From contig NC_043009.1 in NCBI RefSeq assembly GCF_006345805.1, forward strand, positions 38,316,001 through 38,380,000: 64,000 bases of DNA, read 5' to 3'. This stretch comes from Octopus sinensis. Lineage: Eukaryota. Below the pieces are notes generated by a model. It made no database searches. It was given only the letters and a program-made list of their open reading frames with translations, and was not told the origin of the DNA. Every line of letters starts with the position of its first letter. Within the stretch, counting starts at the first letter, position 1. Shown one piece after another: positions 13,639 to 26,852 of this stretch. Both the position numbers and the translations under genes were made by a program.

Positions 13639-14028
13639 TATCAGTATATAATAGAGTTTCTTTGTGCTGTGAATAACTTTCTTCAAAGGCACACTGAAAC
13701 CCCTAAAGTATGATATACTGTATTAGAAATTGTGTTAATTAGTACAGAAGACCCTACTAAATCACAAAATGTTGCCACTTGACCACACCCATCTGTTTCG
13801 ATAACGAACGGGTTTTTGTTCTACATTTCTTTCGCAGTGTTCCCTTGTGGGTAGCAGCAGACCATTTAAAAAAAAAAGTGCAAGTCTACTTTTTCCATGT
13901 TTGTTCTCTTGCCTGTGAGTTTTTCTGTAGAGAAATAAGACCGAGGAAGTGCGTGAGCGAGGGAGGAAACGTGAAAGACAGGGAAAGTGAGAGAGAGAGA
14001 TGGAGGGGAGAGGAAGGAAAAAGAATAT

Positions 14029-14081
<53 letters not shown>

Positions 14082-14679
14082 GGAGAGGAGAGAGAGAGTG
14101 AGAGGAAATGCGAGTAAAGGCTGCTGTTAATCTTTATTTTAAAAATACATTCACTTTTATCGCCGAAATATTTCCCATAAACAAGCAGCTGTGTTAATTA
14201 ACCAATGACCTAATTAACAAGATTTTGCTTCTATTTACCTCCAAACTAGTATTACAATAATGATTAAGGCGGTGAGACGACAGAATCGTCGCTACTGCGC
14301 CGGATAAAATGCTTTGCGGCAACTTCTTCACTTTTACTTTCTGAGTTCAAATGCTGCCGAGGTCAGCTTATTCTTTCATTAAGGATCAATAGAATAAGTA
14401 CCAGTTAACTACTGGTGTGACCAAAATTGATTTCAAATGTTGGCACAAGGCTAGAAATTTTAAGGGTGAGGGTAAATCAATTACATCGACTCCAGTGCTT
14501 AACTAGTACTTAATTTATTGACCCCGAAAGAATGAAAGGAAAAGTTAGTCTTGGCGGTATTTGAACTCAGAACGTAATAATAAATATCATTAAGCATTTT
14601 CTCCGACCCGTTAACGATTCTACCAGCACGCCGTCTTTACTGTTATTACAATAATCCTTTCTACTAAAGGCGCAAAGCC

Positions 14680-15045
14680 TGAAATTTTGGAGGAGGGGAC
14701 TATTCAATTACATCGACCCCCAGTGCTCGATTGGTACTTATTTTTACCTACCCCGAAAGGATAAAAAGAAAAAAATCGATTTCGGCGGAATTTGAAGTCA
14801 GAAGGTAGCGGCAGACAAAATACATATTTCTTTACTCCCAACACAGAGAGGGACTAAACACAGAGAGGACAAACAAGGACAGACAAACGGATTAAGTCGA
14901 TTATATCGACCCCAGTGCGTAACTGGTACTTATTTAATCGACCCCGAAAGGATGAAAGGCAAGGTCGACCTCGGCGGAATTTGAACTCAGAACGTAGCGG
15001 CAGACGAAATACTGCTAAGCATTTCGCCCGGCGTGCAAAGGATTC
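14680..15045 (-). mobile_element. tRNA-SINE dimer: tail-B unit joined to a tail-A unit
   Basis: Minus strand: head, body, tail B ending GTAAAGAAATA, then TGTATTTTGTCTGCC (junction ~14823), body, and tail A ending AGTAGAAAGGATTATT. Confidence 0.85.
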
Positions 15046-15592
15046 TTTACTGCCATTACAATACTACAAATATACAAAAAAAGTGCTATGTGCTTGTTGA
15101 AGCTGCTTAATCTCCCTCAAGTCGCACTCTAACATCTTAAACAAGGCAAGGACAACAACAGCAATTTTAAGCAGGTTTGAATATATATTATCATAGGTCA
15201 TTTACGATGAAGACTGGCCAGTCGTCAAACAACAATTCTAAAACAATAACGATGACGACAACGATATACAAAAATATCTTGTCTCATCACTTATGTACCT
15301 TAGGCCAGGGACGTCATTTGTAGTCTTTGCTCTGTAACTCCGGGACGACCAATGCTCCGCGAGTGAATTTGCTAGACTGTGTGGAAGCCCGTCGTGTTTT
15401 TATACACACATACACACACACATACGCGCGTGCGCGCGCACACACACATATATATTTCAGGATTAAATAAAAAGAAACGGGAAAAAATGACGCAGCTGTA
15501 TATTATATATATATATAGTACGCATACATACATATACATACATACATTATATATATTATATATATATAATATATATATAGATATATATATGT

Positions 15593-15639
<47 letters not shown>

Positions 15640-15642
<3 letters not shown>

Positions 15643-16205
15643 CAGCACTTGATCTGCTTGGGTTGTGAAATCCCAGAGGATTTTGCAAGTGTCTGACTCC
15701 GCCATACTCTGCGGTTTGTGGTCATACCACGTCTTGCTTCCCTCTAGCCTCCACTTTTCGCACAGTTTCCAACGTAATACTTTCGCTACCTGGTCGTGTC
15801 GCCACAACTTGTAATGGTTTTGGGTAAGACCAGGGCATTCGTTCGTGATATGAACAAAAGTTTCATCCACTGTGTTGCACAGCCGAGACACTTGCTCATT
15901 CTTAATGTTGATCCTGCAGTTCGTGGCCAGTATAGTGCTCTCGGTCTCTTTTTTTAGGGTTCCTTTCATCAGCCAATCCCACCTATTTTTTCTATTGTGG
16001 CTACATGGAATTGATTGTGTAGTCCCTTGTTGCGTAATTCTTCTTCATGTCATTTTTATATTTCCTCCCTTGTTTTCCCTTTTTTCTGCTTTCAATACTC
16101 CCTCATTCCTAACTGACATTAGCAAATCCTTACTTTGGGCTAGGTATCTCATTAAGCTCTCCAGTTCGATACGCATGCAGTCTTCCACACTTATCAGTCC
16201 CCTTC
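15640..16205 (-). pseudogene. RLE-type non-LTR retrotransposon fragment (R4/Dong-like), post-RT region and zinc knuckle
   Basis: Minus-strand frames give GLISVEDCMRIELESL, WDWLMKGTLKKETESTILA, and SRLCNTVDETFVHITNEC...RHDQVAKVLRWKLC...KILWDF. Truncated at a (TA)n tract. Confidence 0.85.
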
Positions 16206-16225
16206 ATCTATTTACTCTCTTCCAT

Positions 16226-16363
16226 CTTTTCGGGGTCGATTAAATAAGTACCAGTTACGCACTGGGGTCAATGTAATCGATTTAATCCCTTCCTCCAAAA
16301 TTTGATGCCTTGTATTCCCAGTATCCCTTCCTCCAAAATTTGATGCCTTGTGTTCCCAGTAGA

Positions 16364-16430
<67 letters not shown>
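16226..16430 (+). mobile_element. SINE 3' fragment with a 38-bp tandem duplication and (ATT)n tail
   Basis: ATCCCTTCCTCCAAAATTTGATGCCTTGT(A/G)TTCCCAGT occurs twice in tandem (~16285-16360), followed by AGAAAGT(ATT)n. Confidence 0.75.
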
Positions 16431-16747
16431 TTTCTTCTTTCTTCAAATTTTCTTCCGTTTGTCGCCGGGTGTTTTCCGTACACCTAGGGCAGAGAAGCTC
16501 ATTGCATGCATTCCCAGATTACACGCGCAAATTCACAGGTAAAATATGTATTTAAAAATTAATAAATAAATAAATTCATGAATAGATGTTGTATTCAAAG
16601 CGATAATTCTCTTCTCAGTACATGAGCCGTTCCAGTTAATACGATTTTTTGAACTTCCTGTAGGGATGGTAAGCCTGTATCATTTTCAAATAGGTTTCAG
16701 TACCTTTTTTTTTATCATTCCTAGATACCAGAGCCTTCATTTATTCC

Positions 16748-16814
<67 letters not shown>

Positions 16815-17199
16815 GTTATTGTTATTATTATTATCATTATTATTAATCATTGTCATCTGTTGTCCGTTCCGTTATATATAGCTATTTTGATTATAACTTT
16901 TCAGAAAGCAATATTTCTAACTGTTACTAAGTTTCTGGATGTAGAATATTTTTGCATTTAGAAAATCTACACGATTCTCGTAATCCTTTCAAAATGATAG
17001 AGTTTTATTTTCTTTTTTTTGCTTTTATATATAATATATCTTATTGATAAAAAAAATAAAGAGAAGAACAAAGTTAGATATAAGAATCGAATACTGTGTA
17101 TTAGAGTTCGGTTGTACAGTAAATTATTGTTGTCTTGCGTGATATATTCTAATAACAGGAAAGTAAAAGAGAAAAATATAACAAGAAAAATATAGCAAG

Positions 17200-17596
17200 A
17201 TAGATATGTCCTACTAAGTTCTATACAAGCGCACTCACAAACAAATAAACACGCACAGAGAGGCATACACACAAACACACGCATAAAAACGCGCACAGCG
17301 GACACAAACACACAAATACACGCGCGCATGTAATACACACACACACATACTTACATTTATAGATTGTATGTATGTATATATATGCATAAATATACGTGTG
17401 TATATACATGCACAAGTGTGTATATGCATCTATACATAGATATGCGCGTACAAATACCTATGCATGTACACATACATATGTGTATAGATTTATGTTTATG
17501 CGTATATACAAACGTGCATACACACACATATATACACACTTTTATATTTACACATATTTCCTTATATATTCATGCATATATATATATATATGCATG

Positions 17597-17642
<46 letters not shown>

Positions 17643-18797
17643 ACATGTATATAAATATAGTTGTATATATATGTGCCTTGAGTAGATAAGCAGATATATG
17701 TATTCATATATATCAATGAATATGTGTATGTATATATGTATGTATGTATGGTTGTATACATACATATGAATACTCAGACACAAACAAGTGTGCTTTCAGT
17801 GTTGTTTGTGTGTGTATATGCGCGAGTGTGGGTGGGTGTGTGCATGTATGTGTATGTATATGTGTGTGCATGCGTGCATTTATGTGTATGTATATGCGTG
17901 CGTGTTTGGTTGTGTGTGTGTGCGCGCGTGTGCCCGTGTGTGTGTATGTGTGTGTGTGTGTGTGCGTGTGCGTGTGTGTGTGTTTGTTACAAAATAAATA
18001 AAAAATTATCATATAAATTATTAAAGGAAACTCAGGAAAGGAAGTGTACATGATAATTAGGTTACGATATTGTCACTACTCCAATGTTCTTAATACTACA
18101 GAGCTGACTTCATTGAAACAAAATATGTTTCTATACGAAGGATTTTCTTCTTTACAGCAGCTCAATATAAGTCAGATATCTATTGTCAATATATTGTCAA
18201 TATGGCAGCTAATATGAAATACAATCACGTATGAACTTCCATATCATTTCCTTATTACTTGTATAAGGTATTAAGATGATTTCATTTTTATTATGATTTA
18301 CTTAACCTCGTGTATTTCTGTGTTGAGTACTGAAAATTTACTACATGCTAAGATAAACAATATAGTCAATTTTTTTTGTTCTGGCATTTTCTCATACGTT
18401 TGTTGCTGTTGTTCTTGTTGTTGTAGCTGGTGCAATTTCTATTCTATTAATTCGATGAGTTTATCTTAATAAACGTCTAATTTATACAAGTACATTCTCT
18501 ATTCGTTATCAAACAAACGGCAATCAGAAAGAAACTTGAAGTTATTAACAGACAAGCAAACCTTGTCTATTTTTATACAATTCATCAATGCGATATACCA
18601 TTATTATCATCATCTCACGTATATTTATTTCTTTATATATTTTTTTTATTTAAATCTATTTATTTTCGCTTGTTATCATTCCATTACTTTTTCGGGAAAC
18701 ATCCGTTACGATAATAATGACAGAAATATTACTTCATTAAAACGTATCTATGTTAAAATCATATATATATATATATATAGATATATATATAATATAT

Positions 18798-18828
<31 letters not shown>

Positions 18829-18842
18829 GTATACATATATAC

Positions 18843-18873
<31 letters not shown>

Positions 18874-18917
18874 ATATAATATATATATAATATATATGTA
18901 TATATATATATATATGT

Positions 18918-18948
<31 letters not shown>

Positions 18949-19170
18949 TACTATATATATATATATACATATGTATATATACATATAATACATTATATAT
19001 ACATATATATATACATAATATATATATATATATATAATATATATACATATAAATGTATATATGTATATATATGCATATATGTATATTAATATATAAACAT
19101 ATATATGTGTATATATAATATATATATATATATATATACACTCACACAGACACACGCATATATATATGGA
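17200..19170. repeat. Compound (CA)/(TA)/(TG) microsatellite-rich region
   Basis: Direct reading. It accounts for many of the IYIY/CVCV/THTH ORFs in the track. Confidence 0.9.
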
Positions 19171-20019
19171 CAGAATAATAAAGTATATTCATGGAACACA
19201 AATGCAAATGTTATCAGCCGCAAGGATGATACTGGCTTTGGTCGGGGGGTGGGGGTGGAAAGCTAATACATTTTTACATCTATTTGCGTCCACTAGCAAA
19301 TATATATTCGGTTATTAATATAACGACACACATTTCCATAAATCAGCATTTCTCTTGAATTGTCTCTCTCTTGTTCATTATCGACTTAGCTTATTAGCTG
19401 GAGAAACAAGAGATGAAGGCCAGAGATTCCCCACTGAGACTTAACCTATAGCAGTTGAATTATTACGGAAAGCTATTTCAACTATTAAAAGCAATTCTCG
19501 TATTTACAGATCCTATTAAACCATGTGTGCGATCAATAAAAGCATTGATGAATATATTCTGAACGTTCCATATTTATAGTATAATATTGTTTTCTTACAT
19601 AAGTACATGGTTTCAGATTTACTTGGACAAACTAAATTATATTGTGCGACTTCGGCTTTCGTGTCTTTCTCCGTTGCAGGAATAATGTAAATGCAAATAA
19701 AGTGAATTGATCTGCAGTCTCAGTTCCCCGAAGAGTATTTTTTTGTCTGTGTTTTGAAGTTATAGTAATATATCTGTTACATAATAATGTTAATAATGAG
19801 CTTGTTGTATACATATACTGCTCAGACGGCACTTACATCTCGTCGGAATATAAAAGAGACAGAAAGCATCAATAAATCAAGTAAAGAAAAATACTATTGC
19901 ATGCAAAAGTGCATGCATAGTACACAGGATTAAGCACAACCCACCTGCCCTAATGTGGACAGTAAAAGAGTCACAAAGAGAAAAAGGTGTACAGGCAAAT
20001 TAAGGGGAATGTTGGTGAA

Positions 20020-20790
20020 TTTCGTAAAATGTGGGTTTTTTGAACGGTGCGGTGTTCTGAAAGCGAACAACCAACGCGGGTAGTTTATTCAATGCTTCGT
20101 TAGTATACACTGCTTAGGTGCACTACACCTCGTTGGGAAAGGGCTCAAAGGAGGGGACAGAAATTGCAATAAGCCAACTAAACAAAAGACAGTAATAGTA
20201 GCCAAATGTACATGTATAGTATACAGAATAAAACACAAAAGACAAAACGAAAAAAAAAAAAAATGAACAGTGAAGAGGAAAGGTGGTGCTGTCATGTCCG
20301 GAATGGTGTTGGCGAATTTCAAGAAATATGGAATTTTTTTAGGAATGCCGTGTCCTGACGGCTAACAGCCGATGTGGGTAATTCATTCCATGCTTTGTTA
20401 GTATAGCTTTAGTCCTGCCGATGCAGGCTTCCCTGCAAGCGGCAGGAAACTTACTTGGGTGCCCGGATGAGGAAGACGAAGAATAATGAAAAATATATTT
20501 TTGTAATTTGCAATTGTAATTTTTGAATTTTTGCGACTATAATTTTGGTTTATATTGGTTTAAATTGAACAGTGATTTCGAGGGGTTATCGGTCGGCGGG
20601 TACCGGTGCCCCTCCCATTTTTTTCCATCTTTGTCGTTTTCATATACATTAATGTCTCTGTCCAGCCCGCAGCTACCTTTATCTGTGTTCGACCTTCAAG
20701 GTCAATTCGATAAAATGAGATAGTATAGCTTTAGTTTCAGCTGTGCTCTTTCATTCGTTGTGTTGGTTCGCAGAAAAATACAGGCTGCAG
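20020..20790. promoter_or_regulatory. CpG-enriched unique island, possible promoter or 5' non-coding exon on the minus strand
   Basis: Local CpG clusters (GGTCGGCGGGTACCGG, CAGCCCGCAGC). Minus-strand donor CCCAA|GTAAGT at 20455/20454. No long ORF. Confidence 0.3.
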
Positions 20791-21239
20791 CTCAGAATAA
20801 GAAGTTACATATATTCTTTTGTAAATCTTTTGTAAATCATCTAAATGTCGCGACTAACTCAATAAAAGTGATTCACTATTTGAAACTTACATCTCAAACT
20901 GTCAAAGAGAAAAATATTCGTCAAAATTGAAGATGTTAACGCAAGTTGCAACAATGTGTATATTTTCACATTTGCCAACGAAAATGTTGAAAAATGTGTC
21001 TATTTATACCAAATAATTCTACACAAAATTTACTGTGTGTTAGCAATGAATTTAATATATAAAAAAATAATATTTTGAATTAAATCTAACATAATGGAAG
21101 CTACAATATATTTGTAGAAGCGACAGGGTATCTGATTACACACATAGATAGCTACGTTAATACACCCACCTTTTTGCATATATGTATATATCTTAGAATA
21201 AATACATACGAATATGTGATTATGTGTACTTAGACCATA

Positions 21240-21293
<54 letters not shown>

Positions 21294-21912
21294 ATATATA
21301 ATATATATGTTTGTGTGTATATATGTATGTATGTATGTGTGTGTGTGCTTGTATAAGTTCTATGTCTATTTTTTCCTTTCTTTATACACAAATATGTTAT
21401 AATATGCTGCTACATACACACAATTATTAATCCATTTCCTTCTCTATCATTCTGTCTTTGTGTGTTGTTTTTATATACATGTACGTAGAGGAAGGGAGAG
21501 AGGGAGGAATGGAACTGGAGACGGGAAAGAGAAGGAGGAGGAAGAGAGATTACAATAAGAAATTCTATTAATGTTTGAATTAATGCTGTGATATACTTGT
21601 TTCGTATTGCCGAAGGATAAACAAGAAAATCAATATTTAAGACATTAAATTTTAGTCATAACAGTAAACATCACGCTAGCTGTTAACAATATGGTGCATT
21701 AGATAGTTTTACTGTTTCCACTGATAAGATAAGGTGTTGAACACAACAAAATAGTCGCTATAGTTATAGTGTTGATTCTACACTTGCTAGTTCTGAGCCA
21801 AGTAACTCCACTAACAGCAAAAACTAACGCCATTCTAGCATTATATTTCACCTCTTTTGTTTATACAGTCATACACGTATAAGTATGAATATACATACAT
21901 TATACTTATACA

Positions 21913-21946
<34 letters not shown>

Positions 21947-21956
21947 ATATATATAT

Positions 21957-22001
<45 letters not shown>

Positions 22002-22011
22002 TGTGTGTGTA

Positions 22012-22062
<51 letters not shown>

Positions 22063-22270
22063 GTTTCTGTTCTTTTCTATTCTGTAATGTATATAGCTTC
22101 CTATGAGTACACATGGCATGCGGAAGTCGCGGATGTAGATATCTCTTAACGTTCTAACATGGCGTCACAGCAGAAACAAAGAAATAAAAATGAAAATACC
22201 GATCAATTTCGTAATATTTGTGTCAGAGTATGAAAATAAAGCAAAAAAATACCCTAGGCAACAAATAAAT

Positions 22271-22301
<31 letters not shown>

Positions 22302-22499
22302 TTCATTTATTTATTTATTTATTTATTTATTACTTGGTAACCAACATTTTCCATGATAAATGAGAATTGGAATTAGATATTAATGAAATTCTTTATATTA
22401 ACCTTCTGGAAACTAAGTCGAATCTCTATTTGCAACATTTGACTATTTACCTTGCGTAATGATATAACACAACAGGGACAGCACGAACAATACCTAAAA

Positions 22500-22940
22500 G
22501 ATTCACGAAAAACTATTTCATAGCAATTTGAAAGCTTATATTTCTGAAAATTGTCATCATTTTCATAGACGTGACATTTTCCAAAGAAGAAATAACAGGA
22601 CTAAAATGCTGGAATGGATTCTTCATGTTGATGTCGTTGATTAGTTTGCCAAGAGTAACTTCTTTAACAAAACAGGCCATGATTTTCCTTAAAATTACAT
22701 TGAACTTCAAACATTCTGAAAAACCATCATTACACTGCAATAGAAAACACCATGCTTTTATTTCTCAAATCACATTAAATAAGACACCTATCACAAGGCA
22801 TTGCTTTCAAACCTTTCTTATTTAATATAACGCTGTCGGATATTGATACAATATTTCAGAGCGCTTTAATCATCTTTTCTGCAAGAACATTAATGACACT
22901 ACAAATTTAAACCATATATTCCCAGACACGAAGCCGTAAC
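22500..22940 (-). pseudogene. Possible highly decayed hAT-type transposase fragment
   Basis: Loose, frameshifted resemblance by eye to the HC..H / NALNDRLF / LLHTEVRWLS segment of hAT transposases. No motif is intact. Confidence 0.2.
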
Positions 22941-23340
22941 ACGATGTTAAGTTCCATAAAATGTTTTACTATATATCCTTATAGGGAAAGAGAAATAAAA
23001 GCAATTTTACAGCATGATACGATATTCAAAAACAAAAAACAAACAAACAAACAAACATGCAACCCCCCCCCCCAAAAAAACCCCCAAAAAACATTTAGCA
23101 TTTAGAAATAACACTTTCGCATTTAGAGGTACTCTGAACAAGAATTACTGCACGTTGTTAAGCATTATCACAAATACCTGAAGATAATTCCAACTGCTTC
23201 CAACATTTCCAAAATCCTATCTCTTCAATGTTTCACAATCTATTTCCCCCCAAACCCCACTATAACTTTCCAGAAAAATATTTACCCCACCGGTAATTGA
23301 AAAGTCAAAAAATAATTATTTTTAATATTTTATCCCAATT

Positions 23341-23570
23341 AAGGTGGCAAACAGGCAGAATAGTTAGCACGCCGGGCAAAATGCTTAGCAGCATTTCTTC
23401 CGTCCTTACGTTCTGAGTTCAAATGTTGCCGAGGTCGACTTTGCCTTTCATCCTTTTAGGGGTCGATAAAATAGGTACCAGTTGAGTGTTGGGGTCGATG
23501 TAATCGAGTCACTCCCTCACCTGAAATTGCTGGCATTGAGCCAAAATTTAAAATCAATATTCTATTATAA
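23341..23570 (+). mobile_element. tRNA SINE, tail type A
   Basis: AAGGTGGC...AGAATAGTTAGCACGCCGGGC...GAGTTCAAATG, ending GAGCCAAAATTTAAAATC. Confidence 0.8.
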
Positions 23571-24291
23571 TTTCTTAATATAAAAGGATCTACCGGTGAC
23601 CCTTTTATTAAGAACTGAGTAGAAGAATAGAAAAAAAAACATTATGGATTAGATATGGGTCAATACATGGGTTGAGTCTCCTGTATTGTGTTGTCAGATA
23701 AATTCGCTCGTCCTCCCTCTCTCTCTTTCTCACTATATATATCTTATTTTAATTCTTTCCTAACACGTAAAATACTTTTGTCGTTTAATGGTTTTTTTTT
23801 TGTAGCTTTATTCATTCTGAACAGCTTTTCTTTATTGTTTTTGAAATTTGTATAAATTGTATCGCTTTCCAGACATATGACGACGGCATACCAAGAACAA
23901 AAAAATGAACGAATTTATCTGCCCCCAGTACTTAATGAACATCGATTTCATTTAGAAATATGATAATCAAGACTTTAAAATCTGTGCCTAGGGTTAGTTT
24001 AATTAGAATAACGGCAAGTGTAAAAACAACAAAAAACAAATTGGTTAATATCAATTTTTAGTTTAGGTATAAGAACAGCAATTTAGGTGAAAAGGGGTCA
24101 ATCGATTAAATAGTCCCTAGTTTTGACTAGCGTTATTACTTTATGAATTCCCCAAAGAATGAAAACAGCTGACCTCGGTTTGACTTGAACTCAGAACGTA
24201 AAGATCCAATACAAATACTATAAACCACTTTTTCTAACGTTCTAGAAGTTTCTGCCAATCCAGCGCCTTCTTGTTAATAACTTGTCCATAT

Positions 24292-24910
24292 AAGGCGGCG
24301 AGCTGGCAGAAACGTTAAGCACGCCGGGCGAGATGCTTAGCAGTATTTCGTCTGTCGCTACGTTCTGAGTTCAAATTCCGCCGAGGTCCACTTTGCCTTT
24401 CATCCTTTCGGGGTCGATTAAAAAAGTACAACTTACGCACTGAGGTCGATATATTCGACTGAATCCGTTTGTCTGTCCTTGTTTGTCCTCTCTGTCTTTA
24501 GCCCCTTGTGGGTAGTAAAGAAATAGGTATTTCGTCTGCCGTTACGTTCTGAGTTAAAATTCCTCCGAAGTCGACTTTGCCTTTCATCCTTTCGGGATCG
24601 ATTAAATAAGTACCAGTTACGCACTGGGGTCGATATAATTGACTTAATCCGTTTGTCTGTCCTTGTTTGTCCCCTCTGTGTGTAGCCCCTTGTGGACAGT
24701 AAAGAAATAAGAATCGTTAGCACGCTGAGCAATAATGCTTAATGGTGTTTCGTTCATCTTTACGTTCCGAGCTCAAATTCCACCGTGGTCGACTTTGCCT
24801 TTCATCATTTCGGGGTCGGTAAAGTAAATACTAGGTGAATATTGGGGTTCGATGTAATCAACATAGCTCCCACTACCGAAAATCTTGGCCTTGTGCTAAA
24901 ATTTGAAACC
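24292..24910 (+). mobile_element. Tandem tRNA-SINE trimer (B, B, older A)
   Basis: Head AAGGCGGCGAGCTGGC. Tail B joins GGTATTTC at 24526 and AGAATCGTTAGC at 24710. The last unit is more diverged and has tail A. Confidence 0.9.
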
Positions 24911-25474
24911 AGTAATTGTTTTATAGTTAGGCTGGTGGCTAGGAGCTTTAGAGCAGGGGCTTGACTGCTACATAATTTTATCGACATTCAAAAGGATGAA
25001 TGCCAAAGGTGGCCTCTTTGGGATCTGAACTCAGAATGTAAAGAGTCAGAAGAAATACTACAAGGTATTTATTCTGACCCTCTCACGATTCTACCTGTTC
25101 AACGCCCTCACTACATGATAAGAGTAACTGCAGCTTGATGGAGTTTCAAGACACATTGAGCTCCATACACCATAATATTAAGAGGAACAGTAGATGAAAT
25201 TAATGGAACAGATGTATTCAAAGACAGGCACTATACACCTTCTCTGTGAATGCGGCATGAATAATTTGTTAGACTCTTTCAAAAACCACTTCTACTAACT
25301 ACGCTAAAATACATTTTAAATTTTCTATTGTATTATTATATTGTGTTATATTACTTTAAATTACATTATATTATATTATATTATATTATATTATATTATT
25401 TTATATATTATATAATGTGAATATTATATTATATATTATATATTGTGAATATCATATTATATATTTTATAGTGT

Positions 25475-25800
25475 GAAGGCGCATGGCTCAGTGGTTGGGG
25501 CGTCGAACTTAAGATCGTGCGGTTGTGACTTCGAATCCCAGACCGGGTTGTGTATTGTGTTCTTCAGCAAGATACTTTATTTCACTTTGCTCCAGTTCAC
25601 TCAGCTGTAGAATTGAGTTGCGACGTCACAGGTGCCAAGCTGCATCGGCCTTTGCCTTTCCCTTGGATAACACTGGTGGCGTGGAGAGAGGAGGCCGGTA
25701 TGCATGGGCGACTGCTGGTCTTCCATAAACAACCTTGCCTGGACTTGTGTCTCAGAGGGTACCTTTCTAGGTGCAATCCCATGGTCATCCGTGACCGAAC
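25475..25800 (+). mobile_element. tRNA-derived CORE-like SINE, third family
   Basis: Head GGCGCATGGCTCAGTGGTT...TTCGAATCCC, followed by the CORE-like segment GTTCTTCAGCAAGATACTTTATTTCACTTTGCTCCAGTTCACTCAGCTGTA. Confidence 0.75.
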
Positions 25801-26025
25801 GAGCTGGCAGTAATGTTAGCACGCCGGGCGAAATGCGTAGCCGTATTTCGTCTGCCGTTACGTTCCGAGTTCAAATTCCGCCGAGGTCGACTTTGCCTTT
25901 CATCCTTTCGGGGTCGATTAAATAAGTACCAGTTACGCTCTGGGGTCGATATAATCGACTTAGTCCGTTTGTCTGCCCTTGTTTGTCCTCTCTCTGTTTA
26001 GCCCCTTGTGGGTAGTAAAGAAATA
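25801..26025 (+). mobile_element. Single tail-B tRNA SINE
   Basis: GAGCTGGCAG...GTAGTAAAGAAATA, followed by non-SINE AATATT. Confidence 0.85.
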
Positions 26026-26612
26026 AATATTATATATTACTACAACTGGTTAACAAAAGCATTGTTATAGGTTTCGAGTTGGCCAATAAGTGGTTCACTG
26101 CATTTTCGACAATGAATGTGAAAAGGGAGACATGTGTAGCTCGCCACAGAACAAACGTCAGAGGACTTCTTTTGCAAAGAATTGCTTCTTTTTGGGATTT
26201 CCTGGAGATATTCCCCCGGCCAACACATACATATACACACGCATACACACACAAACGCATACACAGATACGCATGCATACACACACACACACACACATGC
26301 ATACATACAAGCACACACACACACGAACAAATGAACATCTTCTAAATTGTGACGTGCGAAAAAAAAATGGATTTAGAATTTACAATTTTTATTTGAAATC
26401 TTTCGCTTTAGTTTTGCCCTTAATAACTTGCAGAAAAAGCTAAAATGCCACAAGGTAACTTAAAATATCTCTATCGTATTTCGAAATAATAATAATAATA
26501 AAAAAAAGCCTTAACTATTTATATAGGCAAACGAAAACAAATAGAAGATACATACATAGATACATAGACACATACATGCATGCATACATACATACATACA
26601 TACATACATACA

Positions 26613-26646
<34 letters not shown>

Positions 26647-26692
26647 CATACATACATATATACATACATACATGCATATATATATATATATA

Positions 26693-26730
<38 letters not shown>

Positions 26731-26737
26731 TATACAC

Positions 26738-26770
<33 letters not shown>

Positions 26771-26819
26771 ATATATATATATATATTATATATATATATA
26801 TATATAATTATATATATAT

Positions 26820-26852
<33 letters not shown>

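Noticed and set aside
15203-15230. Hammerhead-like ACGATGAAGACTGGCCAGTCGTCAAAC
   Set aside because: A palindromic stem is present, but both the CUGA and GAAA core elements are broken.
26040-26230. Cys-containing open frames on both strands (HIHCRKCSEPLIG; HCIFDNECEKGDMC)
   Set aside because: No consistent splice-site pair and no recognisable family.
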